Below are positions 54,037 through 63,080 of a stretch of DNA of 64,000 nt, one piece after another. A program made the translations under genes and the position numbers. The DNA lies in assembly GCA_044339635.1 (NCBI GenBank), contig JBIIVD010000003.1, forward strand, positions 24,278 to 88,277. Direction: 5' to 3'. The notes under the pieces were generated by a model, which worked only from the letters and a program-made list of their open reading frames with translations, had not been told where the DNA came from and made no database searches. How positions within the stretch are numbered: the first letter of the stretch is position 1; each line of letters opens with the position of its first letter. This stretch comes from Steroidobacteraceae bacterium. GTDB lineage: Bacteria; Pseudomonadota; Gammaproteobacteria; Steroidobacterales; Steroidobacteraceae.

Positions 54037-56019
54037 ATGATCGCCGATCCGCTCGCGCAGATCCTGTTGCTGTTGGCCGCTGCCGTCGGCGTGGTGGCGC
54101 TCGCTCGCCGCGTCGGGATGCCCGCGATCCTCGGTTACCTGATCGTGGGCATCGCGGTGGGGCCTTACGCGCTCGGACTTGTCGATGAGACCGAGGGGAC
54201 GCGCTTGCTCGCCGAGCTCGGCGTGGTGTTCCTGCTGTTCACGCTCGGGCTCGAGTTCTCCTGGCCCCGCATGGTGGCGATGCGCCGTGAAGTGTTCGGC
54301 GTCGGCAGCGTGCAGGTCGTGCTGGTGGCAGGCGTCGCGACCCTGGTGTTCCAGGCGTTCGGGGTGGACCTGCTGGCGGCGGTCGCGCTCGGAGGTGCCG
54401 TGGCGGTGAGCTCCACCGCCATCATCGTGCAGCAACTGACCGAGCAATCCGAGATCAACCGCACCCACGGTCGGGTCGCGTTCAGCGTCCTGTTGTTCCA
54501 AGACCTCGCCTTCGTGCCGTTCCTGGTGCTCGCCGGCGCGCTCGCCGCGGGCAGCCTCGATTTCAGTGCCGCCCGCGTCGGCACCGCCGTCGCGCTCGGC
54601 ACGCTCGCCGTGGGCTTCGTGCTGCTGGCGGGGCGCTATGCCTTGCGGCCGCTGCTGCACGAGATCGCCCACAGCCGGCTGCAGGAGCTCTTCACGCTCG
54701 CGGTGTTGTTGGTGGCGCTCGGTTCGGCGTGGGTGTCGCACGCGGCGGGCGTATCGATGGCGACCGGGGCGTTCCTCGCCGGCGTGATGCTCGCGGAGAC
54801 GGAGTACCGTCACCAGGTGGAGGCCGCCATACGGCCGTTCCGCGACATCCTGCTCGGGCTGTTCTTCATCTCGGTCGGCATGATGCTCGACCTGCGCGTG
54901 CTGCAAGGCGACCTGTTGCTGATCCTCGGCATCCTCGTGGGGATGACCGTGGCCAAGGGTCTCCTGATGGCGTTGGTGGGCAGGATGTGGGGACTGCCGC
55001 CCTTCAAGGCGGTGCGTACCGGCATCGTGCTGTCGATCGGTGGCGAGTTCGGCATCGCGATCCTGACCTTGTTGATGCAGGGCAAGGTGGTGGCGGACGA
55101 GGTCAGCCAGCCGTTGCTGGTCGCGATCGTGCTGAGCATGGTCACGGCGCCCTTGCTGCTGCGCCACAACCGCCGCATCGCGCGCTGGCTGCTGCGCGAG
55201 CAGGGCCCGACGGGCGCAGCGGTGGAGCTGTCGCCCGAGGAACGCGCCGTGGCCGACCTTGCCGCGCGCGAACACGTGATCCTCTGCGGCTTCGGCCGCG
55301 TGGGCCAGAACCTTGCCCGCGTGCTCGAGTCCCAGGGACACGAGTGTTTCGCGATGGACCTCGATCCGGTGCGCGTCCGTGCCGGCCGTGCCGCCGGGAT
55401 GCCGGTGATCTTCGGCGACGCATCCGACCCCGACCTGCTGCGCACGGCGGGCCTCGAGCACGCGAGCGCGGTGGTGGTGACGTTCTCGGACCCCGATGTG
55501 GCGATCGGCATCCTGCGCGCCGTGCGCGCGCTGCGCGCCGAGGTGCCGGTGCTGGTGCGGGCCGCCGACGACTCCCGGCTGGAGAACCTGATGGCGGCCG
55601 GTGCGACGGAGGTCGTCCCGGAGACCTTCGAGGCGAGCTTGATGCTCGCCTCGCACGCTCTGTTGCTGCTCGGCCAGCCCGTGTCGCGGGTCGTCCGGGC
55701 GGTGGGTCATGCGCGCAGCGACCGCTACGCGTCGCTACGGGGCGTGCTGCGGGGCACGGAGGCGCTGCCGCTCGGCGACCTCGACATCGCCGAGGAGCTG
55801 CGGACGATCGTGTTGCCGCCCGGGGCCCGGGCGATCGGCTGCAGCCTCGGGGCGCTGATGGCGTCCGGCGTCGGGGCGCGGGTGCAGAGCGTGCGCCGCC
55901 AAGGCATCTCCGGCCGCGATCCGGACCCCGCGATGCTGCTGCAGCATGGCGACGAGGTCGTGCTCGTCGGCACGCCTGCGGCGCTCGAACACGCCGAGCA
56001 GGTGCTGCTCGCGGGTTAG
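54037..56019 (+). CDS. CPA2-family monovalent cation:proton antiporter with RCK (TrkA-N/TrkA-C) domains (KefB/KefC/YbaL-like)
   Basis: 660 aa. N-terminal Na+/H+-exchanger membrane domain (...MPAILGYLIVGIAVGPY...LLFTLGLEFS...). RCK Rossmann motif VILCGFGRVGQ. C-terminal TrkA-C-like segment. Confidence 0.9.
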   Translation: MIADPLAQILLLLAAAVGVVALARRVGMPAILGYLIVGIAVGPYALGLVDETEGTRLLAELGVVFLLFTLGLEFSWPRMVAMRREVFGVGSVQVVLVAGVATLVFQAFGVDLLAAVALGGAVAVSSTAIIVQQLTEQSEINRTHGRVAFSVLLFQDLAFVPFLVLAGALAAGSLDFSAARVGTAVALGTLAVGFVLLAGRYALRPLLHEIAHSRLQELFTLAVLLVALGSAWVSHAAGVSMATGAFLAGVMLAETEYRHQVEAAIRPFRDILLGLFFISVGMMLDLRVLQGDLLLILGILVGMTVAKGLLMALVGRMWGLPPFKAVRTGIVLSIGGEFGIAILTLLMQGKVVADEVSQPLLVAIVLSMVTAPLLLRHNRRIARWLLREQGPTGAAVELSPEERAVADLAAREHVILCGFGRVGQNLARVLESQGHECFAMDLDPVRVRAGRAAGMPVIFGDASDPDLLRTAGLEHASAVVVTFSDPDVAIGILRAVRALRAEVPVLVRAADDSRLENLMAAGATEVVPETFEASLMLASHALLLLGQPVSRVVRAVGHARSDRYASLRGVLRGTEALPLGDLDIAEELRTIVLPPGARAIGCSLGALMASGVGARVQSVRRQGISGRDPDPAMLLQHGDEVVLVGTPAALEHAEQVLLAG

Positions 56020-57344
56020 GCCGGTACGGCCCGCAGTGCGGCCCGCAAGGTCTCGACGGCGCCGCGCACTTCGTCCTCGGTCGAGATGAACGGCGGCGCG
56101 AGCGCCAGCGTCTCGCCCGTGAAGCGCAGCATCAGGCCGCGCGCGAGCGCCTGTTCGAAGACCTGGTAGGCGCGCAGCGCAGGCTTGCCGGGGACCGGGG
56201 TGACATCCACGGCCGCGGCGAGCCCCAGGTTGCGGATGTCCGTGACCAGGGTCTCACCCTTGAGCGAGTGGATGGCGTCCTCGAGCACGGGCGCGAGCGC
56301 GGCGGCTCGACCGATGAGGTCGCGCTCCAGGAGTTCGTCGAGCGTGGCGTGCGCCGCGGCGACCGCGAGCGGATGCGCCGAGTAGGTGTAGCCGTGGAAG
56401 AACTCGATGAGGTGCTCGGGCCCGGTCATGAAGGCGTCGTAGATCTGCGCGGCCGCGATCACGCCGCCGAGCGGCACCGTGGCGTTGTTGACCGCCTTGG
56501 CGAAGGTGGTGAGGTCCGGCTGGACCCCGAAGAAATCCGAGGCGAAGGGCTTGCCGAGACGGCCGAAGCCGGTGATCACCTCGTCGAAGATCAACAGGAT
56601 GCCGTGCTTGGTGCAGATCTCGCGCAGGCGCTGCAGGTAGCCCTTGGGCGGCACGATGACGCCGGTGGACCCTTGCATCGGCTCGACGATCACGGCGGCG
56701 ATGGTGCTCGCGTCGTGCAGGGCGACGAGCCGCTCGAGGTCCTCGACGAGATGCAGGCCCCAATCGGGCTGGCCGCGCGAGAAGGCCATCTGCGCCGGGT
56801 TCCAGGTGTGCGGCAGATGATCGACGCCCGGGATCATGAGCGGCGTGAACATCTTGCGGTTGGCGAGGATGCCGCCGACCGAGATGCCGCCCATGCCGAC
56901 GCCGTGGTAGCCGCGCTCACGCCCGATGATCCGGGTGCGTGAGGCCTCGCCCCGCACCCGGTGCCAGGCGATGGCGATCTTGAGGGCGGTGTCGACGGCT
57001 TCGGAGCCGGAGTTGACGAAGAAGACCTTGTCGTCCGGCCGACCCGCGAGCGTGGCGATGCGCTCGGCCAGGGTGAACGCGGCCGGATGGCCCATCTGGA
57101 AGCTCGGCGCGAAATCGAGCGTCGCGACCTGCCGCTGCACGGCCTCGACCACGCGCGCCGGCGAGTGGCCGAGCGGGCTGCACCAGAGGCCGGACAGTCC
57201 GTCGAACACGCGGCGTCCGTCGGCGAGCGTGTAGTAGGCGCCTTGGCCGGCGGTGATGAGCCGCGGGTGCGCCTTGAAGTGGCGGTTGTGCGTGAAGGGC
57301 ATCCACCAGGCGCGCAGCGCCGATTCGGAAGGGACTGCGTTCAT
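56016..57344 (-). CDS. Class-III aminotransferase (omega-amino acid/beta-alanine:pyruvate transaminase-like)
   Basis: 442 aa from ATG 57344, with an ATGA overlap on the upstream stop. Motifs GLWCSPLGHS, FFVNSGSEAVDTALK, DEVITGFGRLG and TFAKAVNNATVPLG. Confidence 0.88.
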   Translation of the reverse strand: MNAVPSESALRAWWMPFTHNRHFKAHPRLITAGQGAYYTLADGRRVFDGLSGLWCSPLGHSPARVVEAVQRQVATLDFAPSFQMGHPAAFTLAERIATLAGRPDDKVFFVNSGSEAVDTALKIAIAWHRVRGEASRTRIIGRERGYHGVGMGGISVGGILANRKMFTPLMIPGVDHLPHTWNPAQMAFSRGQPDWGLHLVEDLERLVALHDASTIAAVIVEPMQGSTGVIVPPKGYLQRLREICTKHGILLIFDEVITGFGRLGKPFASDFFGVQPDLTTFAKAVNNATVPLGGVIAAAQIYDAFMTGPEHLIEFFHGYTYSAHPLAVAAAHATLDELLERDLIGRAAALAPVLEDAIHSLKGETLVTDIRNLGLAAAVDVTPVPGKPALRAYQVFEQALARGLMLRFTGETLALAPPFISTEDEVRGAVETLRAALRAVPA

Positions 57345-58531
57345 GAGTGCACCGCTGCGATGAGACCAGCCGCCACGCGATCGACGTTCGCGGGGCTGAC
57401 GCCCGCGAGGTTGATGCGCCCGTCGGGCGGCATGTAGAGATGATGATGGTCGCGGGCGAACGCGACCTGCTCTGCCGTGAGCGGCAGACGCGAGAACATG
57501 CCGCGCTGCGCCGCGATCCAGCGGTAGTCGACGCCGCTGACCGCGCTCAGCCGGTCGGCGAGCAGGCTGCGCAGGTTGTTGATGCGGCTCGCCATGTGGG
57601 AGAGCTCGGTCATCCAGTCCTGACGCAATGCGGGCTGTGACAGCACGCGCTCGACGAGCGCCGCGCCGTGGTCCGGCGGCATGGACCACAACGTGCGCGC
57701 GAGGCGGCCGAAGTGGCCCGTGGTGATCCCGGCGCGTTCGCCGTCGCTGCTGAGGGCGATCAGCAGGCCGGTGCGCTCGCGGTAGATGCCGAAATTCTTG
57801 GAGCAGGACACGGCGACCAGCATCTCGGGCACGGCGCGCGCCATCAGGCGCACCGATGCGGCGTCACGGTCGAGGTCCTCGCCGAGGCCCTGATAGGCGA
57901 GGTCCATGAACGGCACCAGCCCGCGCCGGGCCACGACCGCGGCGACCTCCGCCCATTGCGACGGGTTCAGGTCCTGACCGGTGGGGTTGTGGCAGCAGGC
58001 GTGCAGCACGACGGCGGTCCCTGCCGGCTGCGCATCGAGGTGCCCGAGCATGCGGTCGAAGAGCACGCTCGGGTCCTTGGCATCGTAATAGGGGTAGCGG
58101 TCGACCCTAAGCCCGACGGTGCCGAGGAGGGGGATGTGATTGGCCCAGGTCGGGTCGCTGACGAGGATGGTGTTGCCGGGTCGCGCGGCCTGCAGCAGTT
58201 CGGCGCCAAGGCGCAGCGCACCGCTGCCGCCCGGCGTCTGGGCGAGCGACAGGTCGGCTTTGCGCCCCGCATGGTCGCTGCCGAGCACGAGCTCGGCGAC
58301 GAGCGCGTTGTACGCCGGATTGCCGATCGGGCTCACGTAGGTCTTGGTGGTCTGTGCGGCATGGACCTCCTGCTCGGCTGCGCGCACGGCGCGCGGGACG
58401 GGGGTCTTGCCTTGCTCGTCCTTGTAGACGCCGACACCCAGGTCGACCTTGTCAGGCGAGGGATCGGCCTGGAAGGCGGCGGAGACGCCGAGGATGGGGT
58501 CGGGCGGGACGCGGGTCAGGGTCTCGAGCAT
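57341..58531 (-). CDS. Class-I aspartate/aromatic-amino-acid aminotransferase (AspC/TyrB-like)
   Basis: 396 aa. DPILGV...F..D....KV.LGVGVY.DE.GKTPV, HACCHNPTG, and SKNFG.Y.ERTG (PLP lysine). Confidence 0.88.
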   Translation of the reverse strand: MLETLTRVPPDPILGVSAAFQADPSPDKVDLGVGVYKDEQGKTPVPRAVRAAEQEVHAAQTTKTYVSPIGNPAYNALVAELVLGSDHAGRKADLSLAQTPGGSGALRLGAELLQAARPGNTILVSDPTWANHIPLLGTVGLRVDRYPYYDAKDPSVLFDRMLGHLDAQPAGTAVVLHACCHNPTGQDLNPSQWAEVAAVVARRGLVPFMDLAYQGLGEDLDRDAASVRLMARAVPEMLVAVSCSKNFGIYRERTGLLIALSSDGERAGITTGHFGRLARTLWSMPPDHGAALVERVLSQPALRQDWMTELSHMASRINNLRSLLADRLSAVSGVDYRWIAAQRGMFSRLPLTAEQVAFARDHHHLYMPPDGRINLAGVSPANVDRVAAGLIAAVHS

Positions 58532-58618
58532 GGTGGGCCTGCAAGTGCGACAGACCGCGACATTATCGCAGCAGCCCGTCCCCGGCGCACCCGCTCCGTG
58601 GCCGTCTGGAGGGCCGGA

Positions 58619-59785
58619 TCAGTAACCCTCAAGACGCGCGCTGCGGTCGCGATGCCAACCGGCGCTGCCGTACAGCGTCTCCAGCACGCGGGCACGCTTG
58701 AGGTACAGGCCCGCATCGTGGGCATCGGTCATGCCGATGCCGCCGTGCAGCTGCACGGCTTCGTTGCTGACGAGGTGCAGCGTGTCGGCGGCGCGCGCCT
58801 TGGCGAGCGAGGCGAGCCCCGGGACCTGCGCCGAAGCCTCGGCCGCCGCCCTGCCGGTCTCGGCGTCATCGAGCGCGTCGAGCGCCGCGGCGACGCAGCT
58901 GCGGGTGAGTTCGAGGTCCACGAACATCCGTGCCGCCCGGTGCTGCAGCGCCTGGAACGCGCCGATCGGCTGTCCGAACTGGCGACGCTGTTTCAGGTAA
59001 TCGAGGGTCATCACGAGCAGCGCATCCGCAGCGCCCAGCATCTCGGCGGCAAGGCCGATGCGCGCGATGTCGAGCACACGCTCGATGGCGGCGACGTCGC
59101 CGAGCCGGGCGCTGCCGCCCAGCAAAGCCTCGTTGCCGACCCGGACTCCGGCGAACCCGAGGTCGGCCATGCCACGGCTGTCGGCCATCGACAGCGGTTG
59201 GCGCGTGAGGCCGGACGCGGACGCCTCGACGAGGAACAGCGCGAGCGGCCCTGCGGCGTCTGCGGTCGTCGCGGCCGTGGCAGCTACGAGGATGTGGGTG
59301 GCGGTCGCGCCATCGGGGACGAACCGTTTCTGTCCGTCGAGCCGCCAGCCGTCGCCTTCGCGCACCGCGCGCATCGCGATGCGCGAGGGGGCATGGTGCG
59401 CCGACTCATCGAAGGCCAGCGCCATGGTGCAGGTGCCGGCGGCGAGTGCGGGTAACCAGCGGGCGCGCTGCGTGTCATCGCCGAGCGTGCGGAGCGCGGC
59501 GACTCCCACGCAGCCGGTCTGCGTGAGCGGGGACGCGGCCAGCGTGCGGCCGGCGGCCTCGAGGACGACGCCGAGCGCGCGCCAGCCCATCCCCGATCCG
59601 CCGGACTCTTCGGGCACGGCCGCGCCTGCGAAGCCGAGCTCCGCGATCTCGCGCCAGAGCACGGGGTCGTGGGGTCGACCGGCGTCGCGTCCGGCGCGCA
59701 GCGCGGTGAGCGGCGCGCGGTCGGCGAAGAATTCGCGTGCGCTGTCCTGCAGCAGCTTCTGGTCTTCGGTGAGCGGACGGGTCAT
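58619..59785 (-). CDS. Acyl-CoA dehydrogenase family protein (apparently lacks the C-terminal catalytic Glu; candidate non-catalytic partner subunit)
   Basis: 388 aa from ATG 59785, giving 11 nt between it and the upstream ACAD stop. ACAD fold motifs (...QFGQPIGAFQALQHR..., ...LHGGIGMTDAHD...). Where most ACADs have Y-E-G-T, the sequence reads L-Y-G-S-A. Confidence 0.85.
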   Translation of the reverse strand: MTRPLTEDQKLLQDSAREFFADRAPLTALRAGRDAGRPHDPVLWREIAELGFAGAAVPEESGGSGMGWRALGVVLEAAGRTLAASPLTQTGCVGVAALRTLGDDTQRARWLPALAAGTCTMALAFDESAHHAPSRIAMRAVREGDGWRLDGQKRFVPDGATATHILVAATAATTADAAGPLALFLVEASASGLTRQPLSMADSRGMADLGFAGVRVGNEALLGGSARLGDVAAIERVLDIARIGLAAEMLGAADALLVMTLDYLKQRRQFGQPIGAFQALQHRAARMFVDLELTRSCVAAALDALDDAETGRAAAEASAQVPGLASLAKARAADTLHLVSNEAVQLHGGIGMTDAHDAGLYLKRARVLETLYGSAGWHRDRSARLEGY

Positions 59786-59796
59786 GTCGGTTCCTG

Positions 59797-60987
59797 TCAC
59801 GTGGGATCGGGCAGGCCGAGCACGCGCTTGGCCACCACGTTGAGGTTGATCTCGGAGGTGCCGCCCTCGATGGAGTTGCCCTTGGAGCGCAGCCAATGAC
59901 GGGTCGCGCGCAGGGCGTCCGGCGCGAAGCCGTCGCCTTCCCAGCCGAGCCCGCCCAAGCCCAGCGCCTCGACCAACAACTCGAGCCGCTGCTGGTTGAG
60001 CGAAGCGGCGGCATATTTGAAGAGCGAGGCGAGGGAGTCGATGTTGCCGCCCGCGCGGGCCTCGGCTTGGGCGCGCCGCACCGTGAGATGGAACGCGCGC
60101 TCCTGCATGCGGAAGGTGGCGATGCGCGAGCGCAGGTCGCTGTCCGCCAACTGTCCGCACATGAGGCCGACGCTGTCCTTGGCGGCCGTGACGAGGTCGA
60201 GGCCGCCGCCGCCGAAGGCCGCGGTGGAGATGCTCTGGCGCTCGTGGGTGAGCAGGCGCTTGGCGATCTCCCAGCCGCCGTTCAGCCGGCCGACGAGCTG
60301 CTCCTTGGGGACGCGCACGTCGGTGAGGAAGGTCTCGCAGAAGGGCGATTCGCCGGAGATGAGGCGGATGGGGCGGGTCTCGACGCCCGGTGTGCGCATG
60401 TCGAAGACGATGAAGGAGATGCCGCCGTGCTTGGCCGTGGTGTCGGTGCGCACGAGGCAGAACATCCAGTCGGCCTTGTCGGCGTAGCTGGTCCAGACCT
60501 TCTGGCCGTTGACGAGGAAATGGTCGCCGCGGTCCTCGCAGCGCGTCGCAAGGCTCGCAAGGTCCGAGCCGGCGCCCGGTTCCGAGTAGCCCTGGCACCA
60601 GCGGGTACGGCCGCGGACGATGTCGGGGATCCAGGCCTGTTTCTGCGCCTCACTGCCGAATTCGAGCAGCACCGGGCCGAACATCCACAGCCCGAACGAC
60701 CACAGCGGCGCCCGCGCGCCGATGCGCTTGAGTTCCTCCTGCAGCACCGCGTTCTCGGCCGCAGTGAGACCGCCGCCACCGTAGGCGCTCGGCCAGGTGG
60801 GCGCGGTCCAGCCGCGCTCGCCCATGCGCTCGAGCCAGAGCCGGGCGTCGTCGTTCGGGAATTCGGCGTTGCGCCCGCCCCAGACGACCTCTTTTTCATC
60901 GACCGGCGTGCGCAGGGCGGCCGGACAGTTCGCCTCAAGCCAGGCGCGGGTCTCGTTGCGGAAATCTTCGAGGTTGGCTGCAGGCAT
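59797..60987 (-). CDS. Acyl-CoA dehydrogenase family protein (catalytic-type)
   Basis: 396 aa from ATG 60987. WCQGYSEPGAGSDLASL, and the C-terminal catalytic-base region NSIEGGTSEINLNVVAKRVLGLP. Confidence 0.88.
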   Translation of the reverse strand: MPAANLEDFRNETRAWLEANCPAALRTPVDEKEVVWGGRNAEFPNDDARLWLERMGERGWTAPTWPSAYGGGGLTAAENAVLQEELKRIGARAPLWSFGLWMFGPVLLEFGSEAQKQAWIPDIVRGRTRWCQGYSEPGAGSDLASLATRCEDRGDHFLVNGQKVWTSYADKADWMFCLVRTDTTAKHGGISFIVFDMRTPGVETRPIRLISGESPFCETFLTDVRVPKEQLVGRLNGGWEIAKRLLTHERQSISTAAFGGGGLDLVTAAKDSVGLMCGQLADSDLRSRIATFRMQERAFHLTVRRAQAEARAGGNIDSLASLFKYAAASLNQQRLELLVEALGLGGLGWEGDGFAPDALRATRHWLRSKGNSIEGGTSEINLNVVAKRVLGLPDPT

Positions 60988-61012
60988 CCGGTGCTCCGTC
61001 GGGGCGCGAGGT

Positions 61013-61816
61013 TCAGCGTGCGGCCAGCAGGCCGCCGTCGCAGGCGATGACCTCGCCGACGACGTATTCGCCGGCGCGCGAGGCGAGGAAGATCGCGAGT
61101 CCCGCGACATCCTCGGGCGTGCCGACGCGGCCGCTCGGGTTCATGCGGCCGACCTTTTCCCAGTCGACGCCGTCGCCTTCGGTCTTGCCGCCGAAGCCGA
61201 CGCCGGTGCTCAGCATCCAGGTGGGGAAGGGGCCGGGTGCGATGGCGTTGACGAGGATGCGCTCGCGCACGAGCCGCGCGGCCAGCATCTTCGTGAGGTG
61301 GTGGATCGCGGCCTTCGAGGGGCCGTACGAGAAGGTGTCGAACATCGGCGTGCCGCGGCCGTCCACCGAACCGATGTTGATGACGCGCGACGGCGCACCG
61401 GTCGCCCCCGCGGCGCGCAGCTGCGGCAGCAAGGCCTGCGTGAGGAAGAACGGACCCTTGACGTTGGTGTCCATCACCTTGTCCCAGCCCGCCTCGGGGA
61501 ACTCGCCGAGCTTTGCGCCCCAGGAGGCGCCCGCATTGTTGACGAGGATGTCGAGGCGCGGCTCGCGTGCGGCGAAGGCGGCCGCGAGCGCCGCAGTCCC
61601 CTCGACCTTCGAGAGGTCGGCGGGCAGCGCGATGCACTCGCCGCCGTGCGCCGCGACGAGGCGCGCCGCCGCCGCCTCGCAGGCGTCCGCCTTGCGTGAG
61701 CTGATGTAGACCTTGGCGCCGCCCGCGAGGAACCCTGCGGCGATCATCTCGCCGATGCCGCGCGAGCCGCCGGTGACGAGCGCGACCTTGCCGGCCACGG
61801 AGAACAGGTCTTGCAT
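61013..61816 (-). CDS. Short-chain dehydrogenase/reductase (SDR)
   Basis: 267 aa from ATG 61816. TGGSRGIG, NNAG and the catalytic YGPSK. Confidence 0.88.
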   Translation of the reverse strand: MQDLFSVAGKVALVTGGSRGIGEMIAAGFLAGGAKVYISSRKADACEAAAARLVAAHGGECIALPADLSKVEGTAALAAAFAAREPRLDILVNNAGASWGAKLGEFPEAGWDKVMDTNVKGPFFLTQALLPQLRAAGATGAPSRVINIGSVDGRGTPMFDTFSYGPSKAAIHHLTKMLAARLVRERILVNAIAPGPFPTWMLSTGVGFGGKTEGDGVDWEKVGRMNPSGRVGTPEDVAGLAIFLASRAGEYVVGEVIACDGGLLAAR

Positions 61817-61824
61817 GGCGACGC

Positions 61825-63069
61825 TCACTTGGCAGCCCCGGCCGCCGGCTTCGGCAGGTAGCGGCCGAGCTCGAATTTGGCGATGGCGTTGCGGTGCACC
61901 TCGTCCGGGCCGTCGGCGAGGCGCAGTGTGCGCTGACCGGCCCAGGCGTAGGCGAGCGGGAAGTCGTCGCAGACGCCCGCCGCGCCGTGGGCCTGGATCG
62001 CCCAGTCGAGGATCTGCAGCGCGATGTTCGGGGCGACGACCTTGATCATCGCGATCTCGCCGCGAGCGACCTTGTTGCCGACGGTGTCCATCATCCATGC
62101 GGCCTTGAGGGTGAGCAGGCGCGCCTGCTCGATCATCATCCGCGACTCCGCGACGCGTTCCTGCCAGACACCCTGCGCGGCGATCGGTTTGCCGAAGGCG
62201 ACGCGGGAGGCGAGGCGCCCGCACATGAGCTCGAGCGCACGTTCCGCCATGCCGATGGAGCGCATGCAGTGGTGGATGCGCCCGGGTCCGAGGCGCCCCT
62301 GCGCGATCTCGAAGCCGCGGCCCTCTCCCAGCAGCATGTTGGCAGCCGGCACGCGCACGTCCTTCAGCACCACTTCCATGTGGCCGTGCGGGGCGTCGTC
62401 GTAGCCGAAGACGTTGAGGGGGCGCAGCACGCTGATCCCGGGCGTGTCCGCGGGCACAACGATCATGCTCTGCTGAGCATGGCGCGGCGCGTCCGGGTCG
62501 CTGCGGCCCATGACGATGTAAACCGCGCAACGCGGGTCGCCGGCGCCGGAGCTCCACCACTTGCGTCCGTTGATGACGTATTGGTCGCCGTCACGCTCGA
62601 TGCGGCAGGCGATGTTGGTGGCGTCCGAGGAGGCCACCTCCGGCTCGGTCATGAGGAACGCCGAGCGGATCTCGCCCCGCAACAAAGGTTCGAGCCAACG
62701 GTCCTTGAGCGCCTCGCTGGCGTAGCGCTCGAAGGTCTCCATGTTGCCGGTGTCGGGCGCCGAGCAGTTGAAGACCTCGGCCGCGAAATGCACGCGTCCC
62801 ATGATCTCGCAGAGCGGCGCGTACTCGAGGTTGGTGAGCCCCTCGGGGGCGCGCGGGCTGTTGGGCAGGAACAGGTTCCAGAGGCCTTGGGCGCGCGCCT
62901 TGACCTTCAGTTCCTCCACCAGCTTGGTCGGCACCCAGGCATTGCCGGCGGCGCGGTTGGCGGCGATCTCCTCGAGGAAGCGGCGCTCGTTCGGGTAGAT
63001 GTGCTGGTCCATGAAGGCGAGCAGGCGCCCGCGCATCGTCTGGACCTTGTCGCTGTACTGGAAATGCAT
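61825..63069 (-). CDS. Acyl-CoA dehydrogenase family protein (ACAD10/11-type C-terminal domain-like)
   Basis: 414 aa. N-terminus [28 protein letters not shown], then [13 protein letters not shown] and a C-terminal ...[13 protein letters not shown]... Confidence 0.88.
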   Translation of the reverse strand: MHFQYSDKVQTMRGRLLAFMDQHIYPNERRFLEEIAANRAAGNAWVPTKLVEELKVKARAQGLWNLFLPNSPRAPEGLTNLEYAPLCEIMGRVHFAAEVFNCSAPDTGNMETFERYASEALKDRWLEPLLRGEIRSAFLMTEPEVASSDATNIACRIERDGDQYVINGRKWWSSGAGDPRCAVYIVMGRSDPDAPRHAQQSMIVVPADTPGISVLRPLNVFGYDDAPHGHMEVVLKDVRVPAANMLLGEGRGFEIAQGRLGPGRIHHCMRSIGMAERALELMCGRLASRVAFGKPIAAQGVWQERVAESRMMIEQARLLTLKAAWMMDTVGNKVARGEIAMIKVVAPNIALQILDWAIQAHGAAGVCDDFPLAYAWAGQRTLRLADGPDEVHRNAIAKFELGRYLPKPAAGAAK

Positions 63070-63080
63070 GGTGGGGATCC

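Noticed and set aside
56016-56019. Convergent genes whose stop codons interlock as TTAG (TAG on the plus strand for the antiporter, TAA on the minus strand for the aminotransferase).
   Set aside because: The overlap is real in the sequence, but it is a trivial 4-nt consequence of compact genome packing. No functional implication can be supported.
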